Origin: Eledone cirrhosa
Lineage: Eukaryota
Direction of reading: 5' to 3'
NCBI GenBank assembly: GCA_964016885.1
Contig: OZ024742.1
Location: 265,174,001-265,238,000, forward strand
Length of the DNA: 64,000 bases
The stretch's first letter is position 1, and every line of letters starts with the position of its first letter. Shown here piece after piece: positions 13,868-26,800 of this stretch. The notes below the pieces were generated by a model. The model saw nothing but the letters and a program-made list of their open reading frames with translations, made no database searches and had not been told where the DNA came from. The translations under genes and the position numbers were made by a program.

Positions 13868-14350
13868 CCTTAGTATAATCCCAATTATACGTTTGGGGTG
13901 CTAACTATACGTATTTTGCGGATAGCCAGTTGTATTATTTTATATGAGACATAATGAAATATATCTCTCTCTCCAAACGATCGTTTCATTATAAGTTTTC
14001 TACAAATTGGGAAAATAATGTCCAGGTTATGTATATATAAATGATACATTCCTACATACATAAGCCGACCCACATATACGCACACACCTACACATTCAAA
14101 CACATATGGGTGTGCGTGTGCTTGTGCATGGCTGTGTTTGTATCTATGTGTGTGTGTATGTGTGTGCGCGCATATGTTTGTATGAGTATATGTGTATAGA
14201 AGGCCCTCTTTATTTCAACACCTTCCCAACGCTATTGCATACCCAAGCCCTGGACATTTTATTCCTCTTTTCTTTGGAGAAGGAGAAACATCTGAAACGT
14301 AAGGATCTTTCCAAGAATTCACTTCATTATATCGTGTAGGTATTATATTA

Positions 14351-14535
14351 GCGGTGGATTGGCAGTATCGGTAGAGGGTCGGACGCCATGCTTTGACGCA
14401 AAGAGTTACGGCCTTTTCCATTATGAGTTCAAATCCCGCCGAGGTTAACTTTGCCTTTCATCCTTACGGGGTCGATAAAATAAAGTACCAGTAATATACT
14501 GGTTATTTGCTGACCTTGTGCCAAAAGTAGAAACA
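14351..14535 (+). mobile_element. tRNA-derived SINE (MetaSINE-like central domain)
   Basis: A-box-like TGGCAGTATCGG, B-box GAGTTCAAATCCC, central gcctttcatccttacggggtcgataaaataaagtacc, ATT-rich tail; superfamily assigned from memory. Confidence 0.85.
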
Positions 14536-14552
14536 ATTATATTAGATTTGCA

Positions 14553-14735
14553 TGGATTGGCAGTATCGGTAGAGAGTCGGACGCCATGCTTTGAAGCATA
14601 GAGTTACGTCCCTTTATGATCTGAGTTCAAATCCCGCCGAGGTTAACTTTGCCTTTCATCCTTACGGGGTCGATAAAATAAAGTACCAGTAATGTACTGG
14701 TGAATTTGCTGGCCTTGCGCCTATAAATAGAAACA
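14553..14735 (+). mobile_element. tRNA-derived SINE inserted at the tail of the preceding SINE
   Basis: Same family; 18 bp TSD attatattagatttgcat at 14536-14553 and 14736-14753. Confidence 0.85.
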
Positions 14736-14802
14736 ATTATATTAGATTTGCATTTCCAGCTTATCATAATTTAGATTACATAGAATCTACTGCACACACA
14801 CA

Positions 14803-14848
<46 letters not shown>

Positions 14849-14937
14849 CACACATATACACATACATATATACATTATGGCTGCCCCCTCGTTATCGAGT
14901 ATGGCCATTGCACGATATAACATTATTAATAATTATA

Positions 14938-15105
14938 GGGCGGTGAATTGGCAGTATCAGTAGCGGGTCGGACGCCATGCTTTCCAGCATAGTTACGTCC
15001 CTTTAAGGTCTGAGTTCAAATCCTGTCGAGGTTAACTTTACCATTCATCCTTACGGGGTCGATAATTGGGATAATTGGTGGCCTTGTGCCAAAAGTAGAA
15101 ACAAT
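14938..15105 (+). mobile_element. tRNA-derived SINE
   Basis: Same family with a small internal deletion; TSD attattaataattat. Confidence 0.85.
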
Positions 15106-15294
15106 TATTAATAATTATTAATTAGTTCTATCGTGCAACGCCTGTGCCTGAAGATTATTTTTAAAGTGAGCAAAGACTATGCACTGAGCCATATACTGTA
15201 CCGATTGTGTTGTTATTTCTGTTTACCTTTAACATAGATATGAATATATATATACATATATCTGTGTGTGTGTTTATATGTATATATGTACATT

Positions 15295-15465
15295 AGATGG
15301 CGTCTCTGCTGTACGTGGAATTTCGAAGCAGAAGTAATGTTAATGACTGCAGCATATGCAGAAAGAAATGTTTATCCTTGGCAGGGATAAAGAGTCATGT
15401 TAGTGCACACAATATATGAATGTATGAAAGAGGAATCAGATGCTGATTCGAGATGCAGCCATCAC
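15295..15465 (+). mobile_element. RTE 3'-end fragment
   Basis: Encodes [19 protein letters not shown] followed by the gatgcagccatca terminus. Confidence 0.55.
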
Positions 15466-15497
15466 ACATACATACTCATACATACACTTACACACAT

Positions 15498-15579
<82 letters not shown>

Positions 15580-15583
<4 letters not shown>

Positions 15584-16750
15584 CAGGAGGCTGGACTGGT
15601 GTAAATCCTTGAAAGGTTTATTATACTATGATCATTTCAATGACCGGGTTCTATATGAATCCGGTGATATCATCAGGTATTGGAATATAACAAAGGAATA
15701 TGTAAAAAGCCATGGGTCCGAGAAACCAGAGACAGAGAGGACGGCTGACCAACTAGCTGACCAACTTCCTTGAGTGCTCGGAAAATTAAATTTCTCCTCT
15801 TTCGGTAAATGAAATTACTCGGAGCGGGGCTTTGCCCAGGTCCCACCGCGCCGCCTGTTTTGGCGCCACATTATACTTGTACCTACAAACTCCAGGTTTG
15901 GGCATAACTATTAGCTGTATCATGCATTTACTGACACGTAAATAAACCCCTAATGTGTGATTTAATAGTATTCGTGGTATAGACGATGGCCTGTCGAAAT
16001 TGTGGAGTTCCCGCTAGCGATCCCGGGGCCAAAGTTAGCTACGTTCCTAGAGTACTCGGAAAAATTAATTTCCATTTCCTTCGCTGGACGATACCACTCG
16101 AGACTGGCTGACTCATGGTGGTGGGTGTGCTGGCTGGGACTCCCAATCGAAATCTTTACTCTATATCCCATCCTAATATCTTATCGAGTTAAAAATGTTT
16201 TTCATGTAAGACTCTCTCCGTAAGTTCATTAAATAAATAAATCTCGCTACCTCTATTTTTCAATTTACCATTTTGCAATTTAATATTTTTAATTTATTTT
16301 AATTTCATGTTATAACTCGCAAGAAAAGTTTAACGTACAGACACCCATTATAGATTCTTTGGGTAGCATTTTTTTCGCGGCATTTTCTAACATGAATGTA
16401 GTTTGACCCTTACACAACACTTCTTTCTCCCTTTCTTTCTTTCTTCTGCTTCTTCTTTGACGGAGTGGTGCTAGTACATTATAAGCCTTCGCCCCATCAC
16501 CAGATATTCACTGGTAGTTTTCAGTTGCCAACACTTTGAGGGCGGCTGGCTGCGAAGCTAGTTGGTCAGCCGTCCTCTCTGTCTCTGGTTTCTCGGACCC
16601 ATGGTTTTTCGGACCCATGGCTTTTTACATATTCCTTTGTTATATTCCAATACCTGATGATATCACCGGATTCATATGGAACCCGGTCATTGAAATGATC
16701 ATAGTATAATAAACATTTCAAGGATTTACACCAGTCCAGCCTCCTGTTAT
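15580..16750. repeat. Inverted repeat pair (15580-15758 and 16556-16750) around an 800 bp spacer; hammerhead in each arm
   Basis: Arms are near-identical reverse complements; the right arm has a short duplication of ttcggacccatgg. Confidence 0.9.
16650..16707 (+). ncRNA. Minimal type I hammerhead ribozyme (mirror copy 15623-15680, minus)
   Basis: ATAC-CTGATGA-tatcACCGG..CCGGTcatt-GAAA-TGATCA-TA-GTAT; palindromic stem III region ATGATCAT. Confidence 0.75.
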
Positions 16751-16901
16751 TTCATTTATAATTAAAACCGTATTCGCACCACCAACTGCACAAACGAAGA
16801 TGGGGGAACTGCACTGCGTTGAGTACTCTTCACAATATTACACCAGGATTGACCATACGGAATGACCAGTTCTATCCAGTGGTGAACCAACAAACCTAAA
16901 G

Positions 16902-16980
<79 letters not shown>

Positions 16981-17382
16981 CATATATATATCCTTTGATA
17001 TAATATATTTTTGATTTAATACATATTTTAATTGATTATAAGCAACATTTAAACTGAATAACGGTCAATTTTTGTTTTGTTTTTTCACCAATCTAATTAC
17101 GTTATATTTTAAATAATTTATTAAACATTTAAACCAACTGTAATTATCCTCCCACTCACGTAACCTCCAGTGTGTTAAGAATTTTTTCTAGTCATATGCT
17201 TGGTGGTCACCAATCTGTCCGGCTCGTTTGGCTACAAGCATCACATGAAAAATTATACATCTCATGTTCTTTGTCTGAAGAGAACATTCTGTTTTATATT
17301 GTACATAAAAGTTTGCATCTTCGAAATATATATAATGAAATAAATAGAGATGATATAAAGTATATATCTTTTGTTTATTACT

Positions 17383-17937
<555 letters not shown>

Positions 17938-17939
17938 CT

Positions 17940-17979
<40 letters not shown>

Positions 17980-19147
17980 GACTTCCCCTTGTGAAATTGT
18001 CTAAAATAAATGTTCAACAGTACAATATATTTACATTGCCTTGAGCATTAAATATAGCACTGCTTGAGTAGAACTGCATGAAAATAGGGCAGTTGTATTT
18101 ACCTCATGACATTTGATTTCTCATGGCTTTGAAAATGAATTATAATCACAAGCTGTACAGATGAGAGCCCCACGGGACACTACCGTACAGAACTTCCAGA
18201 GCTTGTATCTATCGGGCATTGCATGTCTCTATTTGATTTTAAAAATCCTGTGATTTTCCCAAATCACAGGCTGTTTTTCCTAGTTACTGACCGCTGTTCA
18301 TTTTATTCACTATAATATTTGATCATTTAACTCTACTAATGTACAATGATTTAAGGTTCTCTTTTGTGATATCTTGAAATCTCCTTTTTGGTGTGAACTG
18401 GAAACGCTGGCTGAGAAATAATTCACCATGAAGTAATTACATTAGAAAACATGACCCACCCATCTCACATAATCTTGTTACGGTGAGGTTCTATACTGAA
18501 TCAGTCAACCATTTCATTTATTTTGTGTCAGTGGTAAAGTATGTTTAACTCGTGATAAATTTAGTTTCTTTTACTTTTCTTAATAATAATACGTATACTA
18601 ATAACAATATTAATGACTCGTTTAATATACGTCTTCTGGTAGAATATTTTGAGAAATTTGACGTGTTCTCTGTACAGTGTTGATTTCTCACACATATATA
18701 ACAAGTGTGTTGCATCATAAATATAAAGGTGAAAGGTTACAGGTCTTTATAACATCAGACCCATTTTACACGTGTCCCAAACGCAATTAAGGTTTTCTCA
18801 ATCCTCATATTTATCCCAGAATCTGTGAAGCCAGAGATGACTAGGTAGACAAAAGCACGTACTACATCACGTCTGATCCCTTGAACAAATATATACCGTT
18901 CCATATACGGCTACCTTTTTGGTGTAGGTTTAAACAACAACTTAGTTTTCTTTGATATTACGGTATGTTCATACGCAGTAGAAGCGCCGAAGAAGAGGTT
19001 TGTTATTTTCTGATTTTTGTTCTGAGTCATCCATAAGGTCATAATCTTGAGTTCACAAATCGACATGTACAGGTACTTACGTTTTATCTATTTATTGATA
19101 ATTTAGGGATTACCCACCGTTAGAACTGTCCATTTCTCTTTTTATAA

Positions 19148-19195
19148 CAGGCTGAATGAGTTGAAGTAAACAACCCAACGAAACGTATGTACCTG
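19148..19195 (+). ncRNA. Hammerhead-like motif with one extra core nucleotide
   Basis: CAGG-CTGAATGA-GTTG..CAAC-GAAA-CGTATG-TA-CCTG. Confidence 0.6.
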
Positions 19196-19560
19196 AACAT
19201 GTTACTGTTGTAACCTCTATGGACTGAGTGCTCTAAATCCTTGGATATTTGTACCAAAATTTTACTACAGTATACGTATGTATTGCCTGTATTTTTTAAT
19301 GTATTTTTATGTATTTTTTATGTATTTTTTATGTACGTTTTGGTGCATTTACACTTTTTGCTTTTACATTCTGTATTTTTGAGTGCCATCTACTGTATCT
19401 TCATCTTGTTGTATCCAATTGTGCCTTGGTATTTTGCAGTGATGCTTAGTAACTCCAGCATGAACCTCTTTGTTAGCTATCTCCAATCCCCCTATCTTTA
19501 TTCTGATTGTTCGTGTGACTAAGTTTTTGTAGAGCTTATACTCAACACTGTATTTATTAG

Positions 19561-19605
19561 GCTCTGATGATTCCTGCCAAAAGGTGAGGATGAAACATTG
19601 TACGT
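19561..19605 (+). ncRNA. Hammerhead motif with decayed stem I, homologous to 44008-44052
   Basis: GCT-CTGATGA-TTCCT..AGGAT-GAAA-CATTG-TA, followed by AATAAA. Confidence 0.55.
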
Positions 19606-19730
19606 GAATAAAGACTGTTTGAGTATGTAAGCGTTCTTTGGTTTCTTTTGCATATAACGGCTCTGTTTCATGTACATTGAGCTAACACAATACTGCAATA
19701 ATACAGTACGGTGAGTGTGTGTTTATGCAC

Positions 19731-19817
<87 letters not shown>

Positions 19818-20049
19818 GAGAGAGAAAGAGAGAGAGAGGGAGAGAGAGAGAGAGGGAGAGAGAGAGAGGGAGAAAGAAAGAGACATAAACCTTCAATAGC
19901 TTAGTCGATCTAATCGACACACTCGTTTTAAAAATTACTTTTTAAAACTATTTATCGGTCATAAAGAACAGATTTAAGCAGCATAAACGAAAATATAGAC
20001 ACACATATATATTTAAATTAATTTGTGAGTTTTATATTGAATAATAATA

Positions 20050-20237
20050 ATTGTTTCTACTTTAGGCACAAGGCCAGCAATTACCCAGTACATTACTGGT
20101 ACTTTATTTTATCGACCCCGTAAGGATGAAAGGCAAAGTTAATCTCGGCGGGATTTGAACTCAGACTGTAAAGGGACGTAACTATGCTAGAAAGCATGGT
20201 GTCTGACGCTCTACCGATTCTGCCAATCTACCACCCT
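20050..20237 (-). mobile_element. tRNA-derived SINE
   Basis: Same family; flanking duplication tatattgaataataataat. Confidence 0.85.
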
Positions 20238-20462
20238 AGTAACCTTAGTATATTGAATAATAATAATAATATTCGATTCGTTTGAAAGCAAACATGCCTC
20301 ATTACGCTATATTTTTAGATGATCATTGTCAATCTTTTGTTCTGGCGGTGGCAGAGAGAAACAATCGGCAACGTTGTTTCTGGGTTATTGCCCTTTGTCA
20401 GTATTGTGTATCTCTTTCTGTTCCTCCCTAGAACTCTTGAGAATATATAGTATTTTCTAAAG

Positions 20463-20790
20463 CGAGGGTGTGCAACATATTCCATTGGCGGGCCACTTTT
20501 GAACATTGGAACAACTATTAAGGCCATTAATATTTATTAAGCACTATTCCAAAGATTCACCAAAAGTTCTTTCCTTAACATTGGAACTGGGAAATTGTGA
20601 AATTGTAACACACACAACCCTATCAGTGAAGCCCTTTAATATAGATCAACTAACAGAAAATTGTATTATGGTTACGAAAAAAATTCTAAATAAGCTTACA
20701 AGGTAAAAGTTAAAAAGGGTCATCGCGGGCCACTCTGACTTGTCTGGTGGGCTGGATGGTGGCCTGTGGGCCGCCTGTTGAACGCCCCTG
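20463..20790. mobile_element. hAT-type MITE
   Basis: Imperfect TIRs CGAGGGTGTGCAAC / GTTGAACGCCCCTG with subterminal GGGCC motifs; 8 bp TSD ttctaaag/ctctaaag. Confidence 0.75.
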
Positions 20791-20937
20791 CTCTAAAGTA
20801 TACTGATTAGCCTTATTTGCATACCGAGCGATTTTACGGCTGGCTTTGCCGAAAATTAAAACTGAAATTAGAAGTTGGTTTTTCGCTCTACCACAGTGGA
20901 TACGTAAATGTATTTGTGAGTATTATACCGAATAATA

Positions 20938-21123
20938 ATTGTTTATACTTTTGGTACTAGGCCAGCAATTACCCAGTACATTAGTGGTACTTTATTTTAT
21001 CGACCCCTTCAGGAGGAAAGGCAAAGTTAACCTCGGCGGAATTTGAACTCACTCCGTAAAGCGACGTAACTCTGTGCTGCAAAGCATGGCATCCGGCCTT
21101 CTGCTGATACTGCCAATCCACCC
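20938..21123 (-). mobile_element. tRNA-derived SINE
   Basis: Same family, reverse orientation. Confidence 0.85.
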
Positions 21124-21514
21124 TTATACCATTATGCCGAATAATAATGATCATAATATTCGATTCAAACGAAACAACATAAAACTGAGTTACGGCTGTA
21201 TTCCAGACATGAAAATCTTTAGAACACATAAATAAACTAAACTGATTGAAGCTAACTGTACATACAGAAACATAAATGCACCTTCAATTAAATAGTCTTG
21301 TAAGGCTGAAGCGATCATTATAACGAGCAGAAGACACCTCCACAAAACTGAAACATAATATAATACGATATGTTGTGGATATGATGCACTTTAAAGACTG
21401 TTACTTGAATCATACTTCTCCGTGTTGAGTTATAGTAAAACAAAAGAACCTCATATTGTTGAATTTTGTCCGGAAATTGAGATGAAAGGTTTGTCGTTTG
21501 TCTCGCGAGACAAA

Positions 21515-21627
21515 CCACAAACACTCCATCTCAATTATACTTTTGAAAAGCATAAGAACTGTGAAACCGGTAAAGGAAATAAATAAACGTTCTTAAAAAG
21601 ACTCCAGTTGGATTTTCGATTTCTTTT

Positions 21628-21688
<61 letters not shown>

Positions 21689-22025
21689 TAAGAAAGTGAG
21701 GGTTTTTTTTTTTAAATGAAAAAAAAACGAGATCTCCTACACGAGTGAAAGTATAAGGAAAAAAAATAAGATCGAAAATTCAACTGGAGTCTTTTTTAAA
21801 AAGATATATGACAGTCCAAATTACTTAGCAATTCGAGCCACTTTTTTCCATATAAAACAGAAGTAACATTCGAACACCAACCAGATGCGAGAAAAACCAC
21901 AACCCTCCATCTCAATTCTACTTTAGAAAAGCACAAGAACTGCGAAACCGGTAAAGGAACCAAATAAATATATATTTTTTTTAAAAGACTCCAGCTGCAT
22001 TTTCGATTTCATCCTTTTTTCTTAT
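21515..22025 (+). repeat. Direct repeat (about 380 bp spacing) with an internal inverted segment; degenerate hammerhead 3' half
   Basis: 21515-21630 resembles 21897-22025; 21765-21800 is inverted; GCA..TGC-GAAA-CCGG-TA; family also at 48855-49015. Confidence 0.65.
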
Positions 22026-22058
22026 ATATATATATATATATATACGCACGCACACACA

Positions 22059-22132
<74 letters not shown>

Positions 22133-22252
22133 ATATATATATATTTATTTATTTATATATAAATATATAAAAGGTAAACATAAACAATAACACAATCGGT
22201 ACAGTATATGAATGAATATATTAGTTTAACGCTTCAAATAGCAGGAAAATGG

Positions 22253-22288
22253 TCTTAACGTTTCGGACGCTAGTCGTGCATCAGAAGA
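22253..22288 (-). ncRNA. Degenerate minimal hammerhead (family copy at 61192-61230, minus)
   Basis: Composite of the two copies reads TCTT-CTGATGA-A-GGAC-TAGC-GTCC-GAAA-CGTT-AAGA; each copy carries different mutations. Confidence 0.5.
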
Positions 22289-22524
22289 AAGAATTAGAAA
22301 ATAAAGAAGAAATAGAAAGGTTGAGGAGACGGACAGGGCCGAATCGGAAAATAATGTTTTTAGAGAAAAATAACAGGTCCATTCATATTTCCATCTCTTG
22401 GAAAACTGTTATTGCTGGCGTTTTGTGTATGATGTACCTTTTTAGGGGATGAAGGAGCACCTCTATCAGAAATGTAAAAAAAAAACGTTTCATGTATAGA
22501 GCTATATGTGTGCGCGTGCGTATG

Positions 22525-22568
<44 letters not shown>

Positions 22569-22577
22569 GGCGTGGGC

Positions 22578-22616
<39 letters not shown>

Positions 22617-22623
22617 TGTATGT

Positions 22624-22712
<89 letters not shown>

Positions 22713-23088
22713 TGTGTGTTATACATCCGTACGAAGCTAAGAGGATATGTGTGTGTATAAGTAAGTAAAATTGTGTGTGTGTGCTTGTAAGTACGAAGCC
22801 GCGCGCAAAAGTATGTTAATATAAGGAGTATGTCTGTTTGTGTATACAGGACTGTGAAAGGAAACGTAGAAATCTGTTTGCGTATTTAGTTGGTCTGTGT
22901 CAGCAGTAAGAGTATATGTTTCTGACCATAAGTGAGGCATAGGAATCTAGAGGTGAATGTACAAGCGCGTGTGGGAAAACGGACGGAGTAAACGTGACGG
23001 TGGCAAAGGGTTTAGTAAACACGAACATATATGTGTAATATTAAAGAAATTGGGGAAGTAAGTTGAGTCCATGAGTGAAACAGGACCC

Positions 23089-23132
<44 letters not shown>

Positions 23133-23432
23133 TTGTGTGTGTGTATGGCAATATTCGTATGTATGAAAATGGAAACAAAAAAGAGTGCTCAATCGGGAAG
23201 AGAGAAGTAAATATTATATTATATATTCTTTTACCGGTTTTTTTTTCATACAGCATACCATCCTCACCAATAAATCTTGGTGGGGTTGCCGGTTTAGTTG
23301 CCGATGACCCGACCACGTGAGAGGTTGCACAGAGCTACATGTTACTCGTACTACTGAAGAGCGACATGACAGAATTTTATGTTGCGTGTAGAAATGTATA
23401 TGTGAATATATGTGTATGTGTGTGTAGATGTA

Positions 23433-23518
<86 letters not shown>

Positions 23519-23525
<7 letters not shown>

Positions 23526-23860
23526 TTAGTATCAGTGGTTTGAAATAGCGATGTATGTATAAATGAATGTATAGTATATTTAATAATATACTGTATGTTT
23601 ATTTTAAAACATTTTGAAGACCATTTGCTATGAGTTTTAAAGTAGTGGCTATGTCACTTACTTTGCCTCGGCAAAAATAAAGGGAAGCAACCGACAGCTG
23701 TTTCTCGTTTGTTAACGGTTATTAACATTGCTTATCCCCTCGCTTATGCCGAGACTTATCGAAGCTGGATTCTTATAGAATTCCAGTGATGTTTAAGAGC
23801 TGATTAAGCATAGCAATTGCCGGTCCAGCAAAAATTAGAAATTAGTATCAGTGCTCTGAA
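23519..23860 (-). mobile_element. Retrozyme-like monomer (316 bp period) with terminal direct repeat; decayed hammerhead
   Basis: ttagaaattagtatcagtg at 23519 and 23835; circular permutation of the 38965-39635 element. Confidence 0.75.
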
Positions 23861-26800
23861 AAAAATCATGGAAGACTCAGCCACACCAGGCTGACAGCCT
23901 TCCTCACAAACTAACACCTCACACCAACACCACCATTGTAAATATTACTACGTTTGCCAACACTAAAAATATAAGCAGTAGCAATAATTTAAATTTGTCT
24001 CATGCAGAAATTCATTTCCCGCCATTACCAATAACTGCAGGTGTTAAAGCCGCCACCCCCACCACAGCAACAACAGAAACAAAATAAAAAAATAAATTAT
24101 TATCTCGTGACATCGAAATGGATTCACTCAGAATCGACTCTTCCAGACCGAACACCACTGACGCCACCACCACCACCACCACAACTGAAACTAAAAATAA
24201 TAATAACAAAAATAACAATAACAACAACAGCAACAACAACAATGAGAATAACAAGAAAAACATCAACACCACCGCAAATGTGTCGTTTGCCAAAGCAGCC
24301 AAGAGATGCGAAACCATCGAGGTAACTCAGGAGGAATTAAATGAAGCCAAGAGAATGGTAAAGAAAGATGGGTACAGGGTCAGCCTCACCCCCCTCACCT
24401 AATAAAATGGACCATCGGCGCCTATGCACCGTGTCTTATCAGACGATTAACACAAAATCGCGCCGAGTGGAACGGGCATCCGAGTCCCAAAACCAAAAAA
24501 GTTTGGGACATGTGTGGGCGAAAAAACCCCACATCAGACGTGGGCAGAAATATGGAACCGTGGACGTGTTCTGGAACACCACAGGAGGCCAGAGAGCACT
24601 CCATGGCCCCATTAAGAAGCGACGACTTCACACTCGTCCCAAACTATTGTGACCAGAGACTCGTGAAGATCAAGGTGACCCACGTTCCACCGGCCATCGA
24701 AATTCCCTGGCTAATGGCTGCCGTCCTCGCCGGCATCGAGGCCAACAGCAAAATAATTGAAATATCGAAAGAAAAGCAGCTGAACTGGTCCAGATCTGGG
24801 ATGGAACTCCTGATCCAAGCGGACCAAATAAGCAGTGAGGAAATCCCAGAGGTAATAGATCTCACTGACGGCAGCCACCTCACCGTAATCGTCGAGGGTA
24901 GAAGGCCTAGGTGTGTCGTTTCTGGTGAAGGAACCCACCTAAAGACTTTCTGCCCTCAGGCTAAAAAGTTGAGGCCACCTGTCTTACCCACCCCAGTGAC
25001 TCAACCATCAACACCACCAGCAGCAGAAATGGCAGAAACAACTATAGCAGCCACAACAGAAGCAACTGTAGCAGCAACAACCCCAGCAACAGTAGCAAAA
25101 CCAACACCGCGCCAGAACTAGCACCAGCGCCTCCACCATCCACCACGCCACAACCAAAACCAACGGCTGTGGAGGATTTTCCACTCCCCGACCTATCGCA
25201 ACTAGAGACAGATTGTGACAACGAGGAGTGGGAAACTGTATCAGGAAAAAAGAAAAAAAGAAAAAGAAGCCAAAAAAGAAAAAATCCACTTCCTTCCCCC
25301 TCCAAAAACAAAATACAGAGGGAAACAAATAAACTATCAAACAAAAAAGTTAGGACAGCTATGCCACCATCCACACCAGCATCACCAACCCCATCACGAC
25401 AAACACCATCACCATCATTAACCCCAACCACACCAACACCACAAAAGTCATCAAAAAGCGAAACAGAAACAAACCCACAACAAACGCAAACAAAACAAAA
25501 CAACCAAAACGATACACACTACACAGCAGTGGGTTGGCAGTATCGGTAGAGGGTCGGACGCCATGCTTTGACACATAGAGTTACGGCCCTTGCCATTCTG
25601 AGTTCAAATCCCGCCGAGGTTAACTTTGCCTTTCATCCTTATGGGTCGATAAAATAAAGTACCAGTAATACACTGGGTAATTGCTGGCCTTGTGCTAAAA
25701 GTAGAAACAATTATATTTGAACAACAACCAATTATTACACTACATCCAACACAACACCAGCATCACAGAAAAAGACTACACAACAACCCAAAAGTTCACA
25801 CCACCTCCACACATACAAATCACTCGCATCACACAGAAAACGTACACGACACTAAAACAAAAATTCCCCAAAGAAATCGGAGACTTCCGACAAGCACTCT
25901 CCAGGAGGATTTATAAGGACATCCTTCCAGAGGAGGCCACAAGCAGTGAAAAGGATGGAGAAACCATCCTTCGTCTACGAGAAGTAAGGTAAGTGGTCTT
26001 TCCCATCTTTTACATCCTTTTCAACATGACCTCACTCAGATTAGGCAGCATAAATGCGCGTGGCTTGGGGTCGTCATGGAAGCAGGGCCACCTGCTGAAC
26101 GACCTCAGGTCACTAAACATAGATGTAGTGGCCATCAGCGAGACCAGAATGTCCGAAGCACGGGCCTTCGCACCGATCTTCGGCGGCTACGATCTGTACG
26201 CATCAACCAGCCGTCCTGGATCGGGAGGAGGAGCTGCTGTGCTTTTTCGGAGAGGTTTGGATCTCGCCATACGGGCCATCTTCCTGGACCCAGGAGGTAC
26301 CTTGGTGTTGCTTGACGTGACCAGCGGAGACAGGCAAGCTTTCAGGCTAGTGGCCGTCTATGCCCCGACAGGAGCAGGGCGGCCTGATTTCTTCCGACTG
26401 TATGGGATTAGCGGATAGGGGAGGAGGGTGCAAGAGTCTCACCAACCTGCTCAGGCGTTTTGAACTGTCTGACAGGTACCGATTGGATTTCCCGAATGTT
26501 CCAATGTGGACTTGGACAAATCGCATAGGGTCATCCAGATCATATCTAGATAGAGTATTTTGTAGGGAAATAGATAGGTCTAGCATAGGCTGTCCACAAT
26601 TCAAGATAGTCAGCTACACGGACCACAAATTCGTGATCTGTGTGCTTGACTTAGATAGGCTTCATAGATGAGGACCCGGCTACTGGAAGCTAGACGCGTC
26701 CTTACCAGCTCGCAAGGCCTACAGAGACCGGATTAGCGAACTAGTTAAGCGGGCGTTGACGGGGGCCATCGTCAACAACAAGTGGTGGTTTGCTCTGAAA

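Noticed and set aside
14351-14460. tRNA genes
   Set aside because: The A and B boxes belong to SINE heads; no cloverleaf, and they are followed by SINE body and tail
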